Shown one piece after another: positions 56,486-64,000 of a DNA stretch of 64,000 bases (positions within the stretch are counted from its first letter, which is position 1; the number at the start of each line of letters is the position of its first letter). A program made the translations under genes and the position numbers. Source of the DNA: Betaproteobacteria bacterium (GTDB lineage: Bacteria; Pseudomonadota; Gammaproteobacteria; Burkholderiales; SG8-39); NCBI GenBank assembly GCA_031391405.1, contig JANMUI010000779.1, forward strand, positions 2,127 to 66,126, read 5' to 3'. Under the pieces are notes generated by a model. The model was not told the origin of the DNA and searched no databases. It saw only the letters and a list, made by a program, of their open reading frames with translations.

Positions 56486-57495
56486 CGCGATCGACCGATG
56501 AGCCACAACAGGACCGGGACGCCGATCGCGGCGGTCGCCACGCCGACTGGAATTTCAATCGGCGCGGCGACCGTGCGCGCAATCGTGTCGGCGATCGCAA
56601 GGAGGATGCCACCCCCGAGGACCGAGAGCGGAATGAGCGCGCCGTGGTCATGCAGGCCGAGGAGGCGAAACACGTGCGGAACGGCGATGCCGACGAATCC
56701 GATCGCACCCGCCTCGAGAACCGCCGTCACCGTTGCGATCGAGGCGCAAAGAAACGCGATCGACTGGGTCCAGCCGACGGATACACCTAGCAGCCGTGCT
56801 TTCGTGGCGCCGAGCGCCAAGGCATCGAGGCCCGCTCGCAGTGCGATGCAGGTGGTCGTCAGCACTATCAGTATGACGGCCGACTGCCGTGCGTCACTCG
56901 AAGCCGATAAATCGCCCATCAGCCAAAACAGCATCCCTTGCACCTGTCCTGCGGGAGAAATCGTCAGGATGAGGGCGACGAAGGCCCCGCACGCCGAGGC
57001 CAGACCAACACCGGCCAGCAGCACACGATAGAGGTCCCAACCCGATGTTCTTGCCGCAAAGGCGATGAGAATCGCCGACACGATGCAGGCGCCGAGCAGA
57101 CCGAACGCCCCAATGAAGTAAGGACCCAGTCCGAGGAGCATTGCAAGCAGTCCGCCCACGGAGACGCCACCCGATACGCCCAACACATACGGATCGGCAA
57201 GTGGATTGCCAAGCAGCGTCTGGAGCAGCACGCCGGCCAGGGCGAGCAGCCCGCCCGTGACGAAGGCAGCGCACACGCGGGGCATGCGATGACCCCAGAG
57301 AATTTCCCGATCGATGACTGCACCATCGCCCCGGAGCGCCGCAAACCATTCGGCGGCTCCAAGCTCCACGCTGCCGAACAGGGTGGCGAACACGATCACC
57401 ACCGGCGCCGCGCAAAGCAATGCGAGGATCACCGCACGGCGAGACACGGCAGGCACGCTCAGGGGTGCGCCTGGTGAAGTGAAATGATGGGCCAT
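56482..57495 (-). CDS. FecCD/BtuC-family ABC importer permease
   Basis: The protein is multi-pass and hydrophobic. Family-typical blocks are LLGNPLADPYVLGVSGG and GAIGFVGIAVPH. The start at ATG 57495 is tentative because it overlaps the upstream gene by 37 nt. Confidence 0.85.
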   Translation of the reverse strand: MAHHFTSPGAPLSVPAVSRRAVILALLCAAPVVIVFATLFGSVELGAAEWFAALRGDGAVIDREILWGHRMPRVCAAFVTGGLLALAGVLLQTLLGNPLADPYVLGVSGGVSVGGLLAMLLGLGPYFIGAFGLLGACIVSAILIAFAARTSGWDLYRVLLAGVGLASACGAFVALILTISPAGQVQGMLFWLMGDLSASSDARQSAVILIVLTTTCIALRAGLDALALGATKARLLGVSVGWTQSIAFLCASIATVTAVLEAGAIGFVGIAVPHVFRLLGLHDHGALIPLSVLGGGILLAIADTIARTVAAPIEIPVGVATAAIGVPVLLWLIGRSR

Positions 57496-58133
57496 CCGCG
57501 CGCCGATGCCATGGCCGCGAGACGCTCGTCCGGGTCCACGGCGACCGGATGGCTCACGCGCTCGAGCAAGGGCAAGTCGTTGGCCGAGTCGCTGTAGAAC
57601 CAGACGGCGCGAAAACTGGCGAATGTTCGCCCGAGACTTTGCAGCCATTGCTCGACGCGTACGATCTTTCCTTCCCGGAATGACGGCGTTCCGGTCGGCC
57701 TTCCGGTGAACCGACCATCGATCTCTTCGATTTCGGTGCCGACCAGATTCGGAATGGCCAGGCGTTCCGCGATTGGGCGGGTGATAAACGTGTTGGTGGC
57801 CGTCACGATCGCGAGCGTGCGGTCCTTGGTTCGATGCGCCTCGATCAACGCGAGCGCTCTGGCGGCGATCATCGGCTCAACGGTGCGCTCCATGAACTCG
57901 CGATGCCATGCGTCCAACTGGGCGCGGGGGTGCAAGGCGAGTGGTGCCAACTGGAAATCGAGGAACTCCAGAATGTCGAGAGTCCCGGCCTTGTAACGCT
58001 CATAGAACTCGAGATTGCGCGCTTCGTAGGTCTCGCGTTCGATTACACCTTTGTCGATCAGAAATTGCGCCCAGGCATAGTCGCTATCGCCGTTGAGGAG
58101 GGTGTTATCCAGGTCGAACAGGGTCAGTTCCAT
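57459..58133 (-). CDS. HAD-IB family hydrolase (SerB-like fold)
   Basis: ATG at 58133. Motif I is LTLFDLDNTLL, followed by IVTATN and YSDSANDLPLL. Confidence 0.8.
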   Translation of the reverse strand: MELTLFDLDNTLLNGDSDYAWAQFLIDKGVIERETYEARNLEFYERYKAGTLDILEFLDFQLAPLALHPRAQLDAWHREFMERTVEPMIAARALALIEAHRTKDRTLAIVTATNTFITRPIAERLAIPNLVGTEIEEIDGRFTGRPTGTPSFREGKIVRVEQWLQSLGRTFASFRAVWFYSDSANDLPLLERVSHPVAVDPDERLAAMASARGWPIISLHQAHP

Positions 58134-58815
58134 CGGCGGTTTTGGCTGGTGAGGGTCGGAGAATCTGTCGTACGAGCGCCAAGGTCGGCGGGCGCTTGGT
58201 CGATAGCGAGTAACGATCCAGTGCATCGATGACCGCGATCAGCATGCCCATATCGCGATCCGTGCGAGCGAGAAGGTATTGAATGACCTCGTCAAGGTCG
58301 GGCAGACCGCGTGCAATGGCGTGCGCGCGCAACGCGGCGTGTTTTTCAGCGTCGGAAAGCGGGACGACCTCGAACACGATCCCCGAACCGAAGCGGGTGC
58401 GGACATCTTCCCGCGCATTGAGTGATCCGGGTGGACGATCGGCGGCAAGGAGAATCGCATCGCCGCTTCGTCGTGTGAACCACTCGAACATCGCTTGCTC
58501 GCCTGCGGGGCTCAAGCCGTCGATATTGTCGATCGCGAGAAGGTCCAGTGGTGCGTCCAACAGTGATTCGACATGCAGTGTTCGTGCATCAAAATATGCG
58601 GCCGGGCGCCCTGCGGCTGCTACCGCATCGACGACTGACCTCAGCAGGTGCGTGCGGCCGACGCCCATCGGGCCCCAAAGATAAAGCACGCGGTGCGGAA
58701 GGCGACCGTCGACGAGCATTCGGAGCGCCTGCAGCGCCGACGCGTTGCCGCCCGCGACGAAGCTCGCGAGGGTCGGCGCCGGTGGTGCGGCCAACTCCAG
58801 AATGAACTGTTCCAT
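58105..58815 (-). CDS. hda: DnaA regulatory inactivator Hda
   Basis: P-loop-like block is LYLWGPMGVGRTHLL, followed by DLLAIDNIDGL and an arginine-finger region. The start is ATG 58815 or 58839. Confidence 0.85.
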   Translation of the reverse strand: MEQFILELAAPPAPTLASFVAGGNASALQALRMLVDGRLPHRVLYLWGPMGVGRTHLLRSVVDAVAAAGRPAAYFDARTLHVESLLDAPLDLLAIDNIDGLSPAGEQAMFEWFTRRSGDAILLAADRPPGSLNAREDVRTRFGSGIVFEVVPLSDAEKHAALRAHAIARGLPDLDEVIQYLLARTDRDMGMLIAVIDALDRYSLSTKRPPTLALVRQILRPSPAKTADGTDPVRPG

Positions 58816-58898
58816 CTTTCCAGTAGAATCCTTCGGCATTGCGGATGGCACTCTAGCAGGCTGCAACTATCGCGGGCATCTTACGAGCGGAACACGCA

Positions 58899-59954
58899 TT
58901 GACCACCTCCAATTCTGGCTCGCGGGCGAGCGGCCTGTCGTATCGAGACGCCGGTGTCGACATCGACGCGGGCGATGCATTGATCGAACGTATCAAACCC
59001 CTCGCGAAGCGTACGATGCGCCCGGAGGTGCTGGCCGGCATCGGCGGGTTCGGTGCGCTTTGTGCGATTCCGAAGAAGTATCGTGAACCGATCCTCGTAT
59101 CGGGCACCGACGGCGTCGGCACCAAACTGAAGCTCGCATTCGCCCTTGCCAAACACGATACCGTCGGCATCGACCTCGTGGCGATGAGTGTCAACGACGT
59201 GCTCGTGCAAGGGGCTGAGCCGCTCTTTTTCCTGGACTATTTCGCCTGCGGGAAACTCGATGTCAATGTCGCCGCTGATGTGGTCGGTGGCATCGCGCGC
59301 GGTTGCGAAATGGCCGGATGCGCCTTGATCGGCGGGGAAACCGCTGAAATGCCAGGCATGTATCCGGAGGGCGAATACGATCTCGCTGGCTTCGCCGTCG
59401 GTGTGGTCGAGCGCAGCGTCATTCTCGATGGGCGTGACATCGGCGCGGGCGATGCCATCATCGGTCTCGCATCGAGCGGTCCGCATTCGAACGGTTATTC
59501 GATGGTGCGTCGAATCCTTCAGGACACGCGATCCGACCTTGCGCAGCCATTCGAGGGCCGAACGCTCGGTCAATGCCTGTTGGAACCGACACTGATCTAT
59601 GTGAAGTCGATCCTCTCGCTCCGTGAGGCCATGCCGGTGAAGGGCCTTGCGCATATTACCGGTGGCGGGCTGCTGGAGAATATTCCTCGTATTCTTCCCG
59701 CGGGCACCATGGCCGCGCTGAAGCGTGCGTCGTGGCCTTCGCTCCCCATCTTCGCGTGGTTGCAAGAGGCGGGAAATGTTGCCGACAGCGAAATGCATCG
59801 CGTCTTCAATTGCGGAATCGGCATGGTCGTTGTCGTGGCCGGCGGTGAGGTTCAGAATGCGCTCGATTCGCTCCGTTCGAACGGTGAGACCGCGTATCGG
59901 ATCGGCACGATTCAAGCGAATCATTCCGGATCGGCGCCAGTCACGATCGATTGA
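58899..59954 (+). CDS. purM: Phosphoribosylformylglycinamidine cyclo-ligase
   Basis: TTG start. Blocks [28 protein letters not shown] and DYFACGKL. Confidence 0.95.
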   Translation: MTTSNSGSRASGLSYRDAGVDIDAGDALIERIKPLAKRTMRPEVLAGIGGFGALCAIPKKYREPILVSGTDGVGTKLKLAFALAKHDTVGIDLVAMSVNDVLVQGAEPLFFLDYFACGKLDVNVAADVVGGIARGCEMAGCALIGGETAEMPGMYPEGEYDLAGFAVGVVERSVILDGRDIGAGDAIIGLASSGPHSNGYSMVRRILQDTRSDLAQPFEGRTLGQCLLEPTLIYVKSILSLREAMPVKGLAHITGGGLLENIPRILPAGTMAALKRASWPSLPIFAWLQEAGNVADSEMHRVFNCGIGMVVVVAGGEVQNALDSLRSNGETAYRIGTIQANHSGSAPVTID

Positions 59955-60112
59955 GCGCTGATGCCCTGCGCGCAGCGTTTATCGCGATCACTCGGGCGAT
60001 GAGTTAATCCGCGGGCGTTATAGGTTCGAGTGGTAGAATTTTCGACGCCTGATCCCGACATTTCAGACCAGGATTCTTCGCCAACTCCTTCGGACGGTGC
60101 ATTGCGTTTCCC

Positions 60113-63100
60113 ATGGCCGAGCCGCGCTTCATACATCTTCGCCTGCACACCGAGTTTTCCGTCACCGACAGTGTCGTACGGATAGACGACGTCGTCGCAC
60201 GCGCCGCCCAGGATGGCATGGGGGCGTTGGCCATTACCGACTTGTCCAACATGTTCGGGATGACCAAGTTCTACAAGGCCGGCCGGGCAGCGGGCGTGAA
60301 GCCGATTCTCGGCGCAGACGTCTGGGTCACCAATGATATTGACCGCGACAAGCCGTCCCGCATGCTCCTCCTGTGCCGGTCGAAGGCGGGCTATCTCAAT
60401 CTGTCGAAACTGTTGTCGGATGCATGGATCTCGAATCGGCATCGTGGGCGCGCTGAGCTCAGGCGCGACTGGATAGCGGGACGCGCTGATGGATTGATCG
60501 CCCTTTCCGGCGGGGCGAATGGAGACGTCGGTGCCGCCTTGGCGGCGGGCAATGACGTTACCGCCGTGAAGCTTGCAAAGAGTTGGGCGCAGATTTTCGC
60601 CGACAGCTACTACCTGGAGCTTCAGCGCGCCGGTGCGCCCGGTACCGAGGAGTACATCGAAGGTGCGCTTGCGGTCGCCGGCCGCCTGGGCATTCCGGTG
60701 GTTGCGACGCATCCGGTGCAGTTTCTCGATCCGGGTGAGTTCAAGGCGCATGAAGCGCGCGTTTGCATCGCCGAAGGCTATGTGCTGTCCGATCAGCGCA
60801 GGCCCCGTCTGGTTACGCCCGACAGTTATTTCAAGTCGCAGCAGGAAATGGTCGATCTGTTCGCCGACATTCCGGAAGCATTGGCGAATGCCGTGGAAAT
60901 CGGTCGGCGTTGCAATCTTGTGCTGGAGCTTGGCAAACCGAAGCTCCCCCTCTTTCCGACGCCGGCCGGTATCACCCTCGATGATCATCTGGTGCGTGAG
61001 GCAGAGGCAGGTCTCGTCAAGCGCCTGGAGCAGCTCTATCCCGATCCCGAGCAACGTTCCGCACAAACATCGCGTTACGCCGATCGCCTCGCGTTCGAAT
61101 GCAAGACCATCATCCAGATGGGCTTCCCGGGATACTTCCTGATCGTGGCCGACTTCATCAATTGGGCCAAGTCGAACGGCGTGCCGGTTGGGCCGGGGCG
61201 AGGCTCGGGTGCCGGATCGCTCGTCGCCTACTCACTTGGTATTACCGATCTCGACCCGCTGCGTTACGACCTGCTTTTCGAGCGGTTCCTGAATCCCGAG
61301 CGTGTGTCGATGCCGGACTTCGATATCGATTTCTGCCAGGATGGCCGCGATCGCGTCATCGAGTATGTGCGCGGAAAGTACGGCAAGGAGTCCGTCTCGC
61401 AGATCGCGACCTTCGGCACCATGGCGGCCAAGGCGGTCGTGCGCGACGTCGGCCGGGTCATGGACTGGGGCTATGGCCGCACTGACGAGCTCGCGAAGCT
61501 CATCCCGTTTCAGCCGGGCAAGCTGATTACCCTCAAGATGGCCCGCGAGATGGAGCCGCGCCTGGCCGAACGCGAACGGGACGAAGAGGACACGCGCGAG
61601 CTCCTCGCCTTGGCCGAACAACTGGAAGGCCTCACCCGCAATGTCGGGATGCACGCAGGCGGCGTGCTCATCGCACCGGGCAAATTGACCGACTTCTGTC
61701 CGCTCTATGCAGCAGAAGGATCGAACAGCGTCGTCTCCCAGTTGGACAAGGATGACGTCGAAGCGATCGGGCTGGTCAAGTTCGACTTTCTCGGCCTGAC
61801 CACGCTCACGATCCTCGATTGGACGCTTCGTTTCATCAAGCGGCTCGATCCGATGAGCACGGTCGCACTCGATGCGTTGCCGCTCGACGATCCGGCGTCG
61901 TACAAGGTGTTTCAGAACGCCAATACCAGTGCGATCTTCCAGTTTGAATCACGCGGCATGCGCGATCTGTTGAAGCGCGCACGGCCCGATCGATTCGAAG
62001 ACATCATCGCGTTGGTGGCCCTCTTCCGGCCTGGTCCGATGGATCTCATCCCGGACTACATCAAACGCAAGCATGGCCTCGAATCGGTGATCTACCCGGA
62101 CGCGCGTCTCGAACCGATCCTCGGATCGACCTATGGGATCATGGTCTACCAGGAACAGGTCATGCAGATCGCGCAATCGATCGGCGGCTACTCGCTCGGC
62201 AGCGCCGATCTTCTGCGGCGCGCCATGGGCAAGAAGAAGCCCGAGGAGATGGCCGAGCATCGCGGCCAGTTCGTCGACGGCGCGGCGAAGAACGATGTGT
62301 CCGCGCCGAAGGCGAACGAGCTCTTCGATCTGATGGAGAAGTTCGCGGGCTACGGTTTCAACAAGTCCCACGCGGCTGCGTATGCCTTGGTCGCCTATCA
62401 GACCGCGTATTTCAAGGCGCACTATCCCGCGGCGTTCATGGCGGCGAACCTGTGCGCGGTGATGGACGACACCGATAAGGTCCGCCAGTTCTACGACGAC
62501 GCGCGCGAGAACGGTCTGGTCGTCCTGCCGCCCGATATCAACGCAAGCGAGTACCGGTTCATGCCGGTGGACGCGAAGACGATTCGCTACGGGATGGGCG
62601 CCGTCAAGGGATCGGGCGAGTCCGCGATCGGCGCGATCGTGAAGGCGCGTGAAGCCGGGCCGTTCGTTGATCTGTTCGATGTATGCGGGCGGGTCGATAA
62701 GCGGATGGTCAATCGCCGGACGCTCGAGTCACTGATTCGTGCCGGCGCGTTCGACTCGCTCGACACCCATCGTGCGCGGTTGATCGCATCGGTCGGAATC
62801 GCGATGGAGGCCGCCGAGCAGGCGGTGGCCGGCGCCATGCAGGTGAGCCTGTTTGGCGATGATCCGGGTGCGGCGCAGGCGATCCCGCTCGTCGATGCTC
62901 CGCCCTGGGGCGAGCGCCAGCGGTTGCAGGAGGAAAAGACCGCGCTCGGCTTCTACCTGAGCGGACATCCGTTCAACTTCTATCGCAAGGAAATCGGCGG
63001 GATCGTTCGTACGCGTTTGGCGGACCTCGCGCCGCGCAACGAGCCGGTACTCCTTGGCGGAATGGTGGTCTCGGCGCGCACGCAAATGACCCGTCGGGGA

Positions 63101-63538
63101 CGCATGTCGATCGTTCTCATCGACGATGGCACCGCCCAGCTCGAAGTGTCAGTATTCAACGAGCTCTTCGAGCAGTGCCGCGACACGATTCGCGAGGATC
63201 ACCCGATCGTGGTGCAAGGCAAGGTTCAAAAGGACGATTTTTCGGGCGGGATCCGGGTGACGGCGGAGTCCATCTACGACCTGGCGACCTTACGCGGGCG
63301 TTTCGGCCGGGAGCTCAAGCTGTCGATGAACGGAGAGGCCGATGCGCAAAAACTCGCCCGCCTGCTCGGACCCTATCGCAATGGCCTGCTGCCGGTGCAG
63401 GTGCGCTACCAGCGCGGTGATGCAATCTGCGAGGCGCGTCTGGGTGATGCATGGAAAGTCTCGCCGGACGAAACGCTGATCAGTGCATTGACCGATTGGC
63501 TGACGCCGGAAAACGTTGAAATCGTGTACGCGAGCTAG
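60113..63538 (+). CDS. dnaE: DNA polymerase III alpha subunit
   Basis: The PHP domain begins FIHLRLHTEFS. The polymerase core contains GPGRGSGAGSLVAYSLGITDLDP and MPDFDIDF. An OB-fold C-terminus is present, and the protein is 1141 aa. Confidence 0.98.
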   Translation: MAEPRFIHLRLHTEFSVTDSVVRIDDVVARAAQDGMGALAITDLSNMFGMTKFYKAGRAAGVKPILGADVWVTNDIDRDKPSRMLLLCRSKAGYLNLSKLLSDAWISNRHRGRAELRRDWIAGRADGLIALSGGANGDVGAALAAGNDVTAVKLAKSWAQIFADSYYLELQRAGAPGTEEYIEGALAVAGRLGIPVVATHPVQFLDPGEFKAHEARVCIAEGYVLSDQRRPRLVTPDSYFKSQQEMVDLFADIPEALANAVEIGRRCNLVLELGKPKLPLFPTPAGITLDDHLVREAEAGLVKRLEQLYPDPEQRSAQTSRYADRLAFECKTIIQMGFPGYFLIVADFINWAKSNGVPVGPGRGSGAGSLVAYSLGITDLDPLRYDLLFERFLNPERVSMPDFDIDFCQDGRDRVIEYVRGKYGKESVSQIATFGTMAAKAVVRDVGRVMDWGYGRTDELAKLIPFQPGKLITLKMAREMEPRLAERERDEEDTRELLALAEQLEGLTRNVGMHAGGVLIAPGKLTDFCPLYAAEGSNSVVSQLDKDDVEAIGLVKFDFLGLTTLTILDWTLRFIKRLDPMSTVALDALPLDDPASYKVFQNANTSAIFQFESRGMRDLLKRARPDRFEDIIALVALFRPGPMDLIPDYIKRKHGLESVIYPDARLEPILGSTYGIMVYQEQVMQIAQSIGGYSLGSADLLRRAMGKKKPEEMAEHRGQFVDGAAKNDVSAPKANELFDLMEKFAGYGFNKSHAAAYALVAYQTAYFKAHYPAAFMAANLCAVMDDTDKVRQFYDDARENGLVVLPPDINASEYRFMPVDAKTIRYGMGAVKGSGESAIGAIVKAREAGPFVDLFDVCGRVDKRMVNRRTLESLIRAGAFDSLDTHRARLIASVGIAMEAAEQAVAGAMQVSLFGDDPGAAQAIPLVDAPPWGERQRLQEEKTALGFYLSGHPFNFYRKEIGGIVRTRLADLAPRNEPVLLGGMVVSARTQMTRRGRMSIVLIDDGTAQLEVSVFNELFEQCRDTIREDHPIVVQGKVQKDDFSGGIRVTAESIYDLATLRGRFGRELKLSMNGEADAQKLARLLGPYRNGLLPVQVRYQRGDAICEARLGDAWKVSPDETLISALTDWLTPENVEIVYAS

Positions 63539-63828
63539 ACCGTCGGCCGCAATCCAAAACGGCCGATTTCGATGCCGGGGGATGTGAGCTCACTCACCGC
63601 CACCTGGTCAACACGGGCCCCGCGCGGGCCGCGCCGCGCCCATACCAGCATCGCCTGGAGATGCTCCTCGTTACCGGCGACGACTGCCTCGACACTGCCG
63701 TCGCTACGGTTACGGACCCAGCCGCGGGCGCCCACGCGATTGGCTTCGACGACCATCGCATCGCGAAATCCGACGCCCTGCACCAAGCCGGTAATGCGCA
63801 GATTTTTGACGAGCTGGATTGTGATCAT
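63535..63828 (-). CDS. acyP: Acylphosphatase
   Basis: The motif VQGVGFR is present, followed by GWVRNRSDGSVEAVV. The start is ATG 63828 or GTG 63834. The stop overlaps the dnaE stop region. Confidence 0.85.
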   Translation of the reverse strand: MITIQLVKNLRITGLVQGVGFRDAMVVEANRVGARGWVRNRSDGSVEAVVAGNEEHLQAMLVWARRGPRGARVDQVAVSELTSPGIEIGRFGLRPTV

Positions 63829-64000
63829 GATCACTTAATTTGCCGTCTCGAAAGGATTGTGTCAATGACGCCACCGTCACGGAAACGCGCTGAATTGCCG
63901 CTCGGTAGCAGTCTTTGACATTCAGGGCTGCCGACCTACCGGGTGAACCAGGCCGTCGCGGCCTCGCCGTGGAGCTCGACTATCGCGCCGATGCTGGCGA

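Noticed and set aside
55724-57495. ABC transporter as the missing pump for the adhesin/HlyD module.
   Set aside because: The permease is the FecCD/BtuC importer type and the ATPase is a stand-alone importer-type subunit. The genes lie 40 kb away on a different operon, and there is no C39 peptidase or exporter-type transmembrane domain.
1-64000. tRNA, rRNA, riboswitch, transposase/IS and prophage genes.
   Set aside because: Reading the intergenic gaps and ORF translations, I found no cloverleaf-like or rRNA-like sequences, no DDE/IS-type proteins and no phage structural genes. Absence was judged by eye only, and a covariance-model scan would be needed to be certain.

Overview
High-GC, gene-dense chromosomal window from a Gram-negative proteobacterium. 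Bug-family (TctC-like) binding proteins and the folB-plsY / tsaD / rpsU-yqeY-dnaG-rpoD arrangement suggest a Betaproteobacteria/Burkholderiales-like organism, but that is inference only. I call about 52 protein-coding genes, 2 gene remnants, 2 intrinsic terminators and 3 repeat elements. I saw no rRNA, tRNA, CRISPR array, transposase or prophage. From about 16.3 kb to 64 kb the window is mostly housekeeping (typA, tal, ogt, xerD, rpsU-dnaG-rpoD, gor, rhlE, panC, folK, pcnB, hda, purM, dnaE), interspersed with catabolic genes (UbiD/HpaB, CoA-transferase, hydantoinase A/B). The stand-out is the first 16 kb, a tightly coupled ~11.8-kb minus-strand gene string running from 15949 down to 4177. It encodes a GAF-HlyD protein, a PqqD-like/M50-protease/HlyD fusion, a third HlyD-like adaptor, a ~1000-aa DUF4347/cadherin-like repeat protein, a small membrane protein, a PAS-GGDEF cyclase and a HAMP hybrid kinase. 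It faces a convergent hybrid kinase plus REC-GGDEF-EAL pair. No pump (ABC/RND/MFS) and no outer-membrane factor accompanies the three adaptors. I read this as a candidate uncharacterised, c-di-GMP-linked protease/adaptor machine for a giant surface protein. All functional calls come from reading the translated ORFs for motifs. No database search was run.
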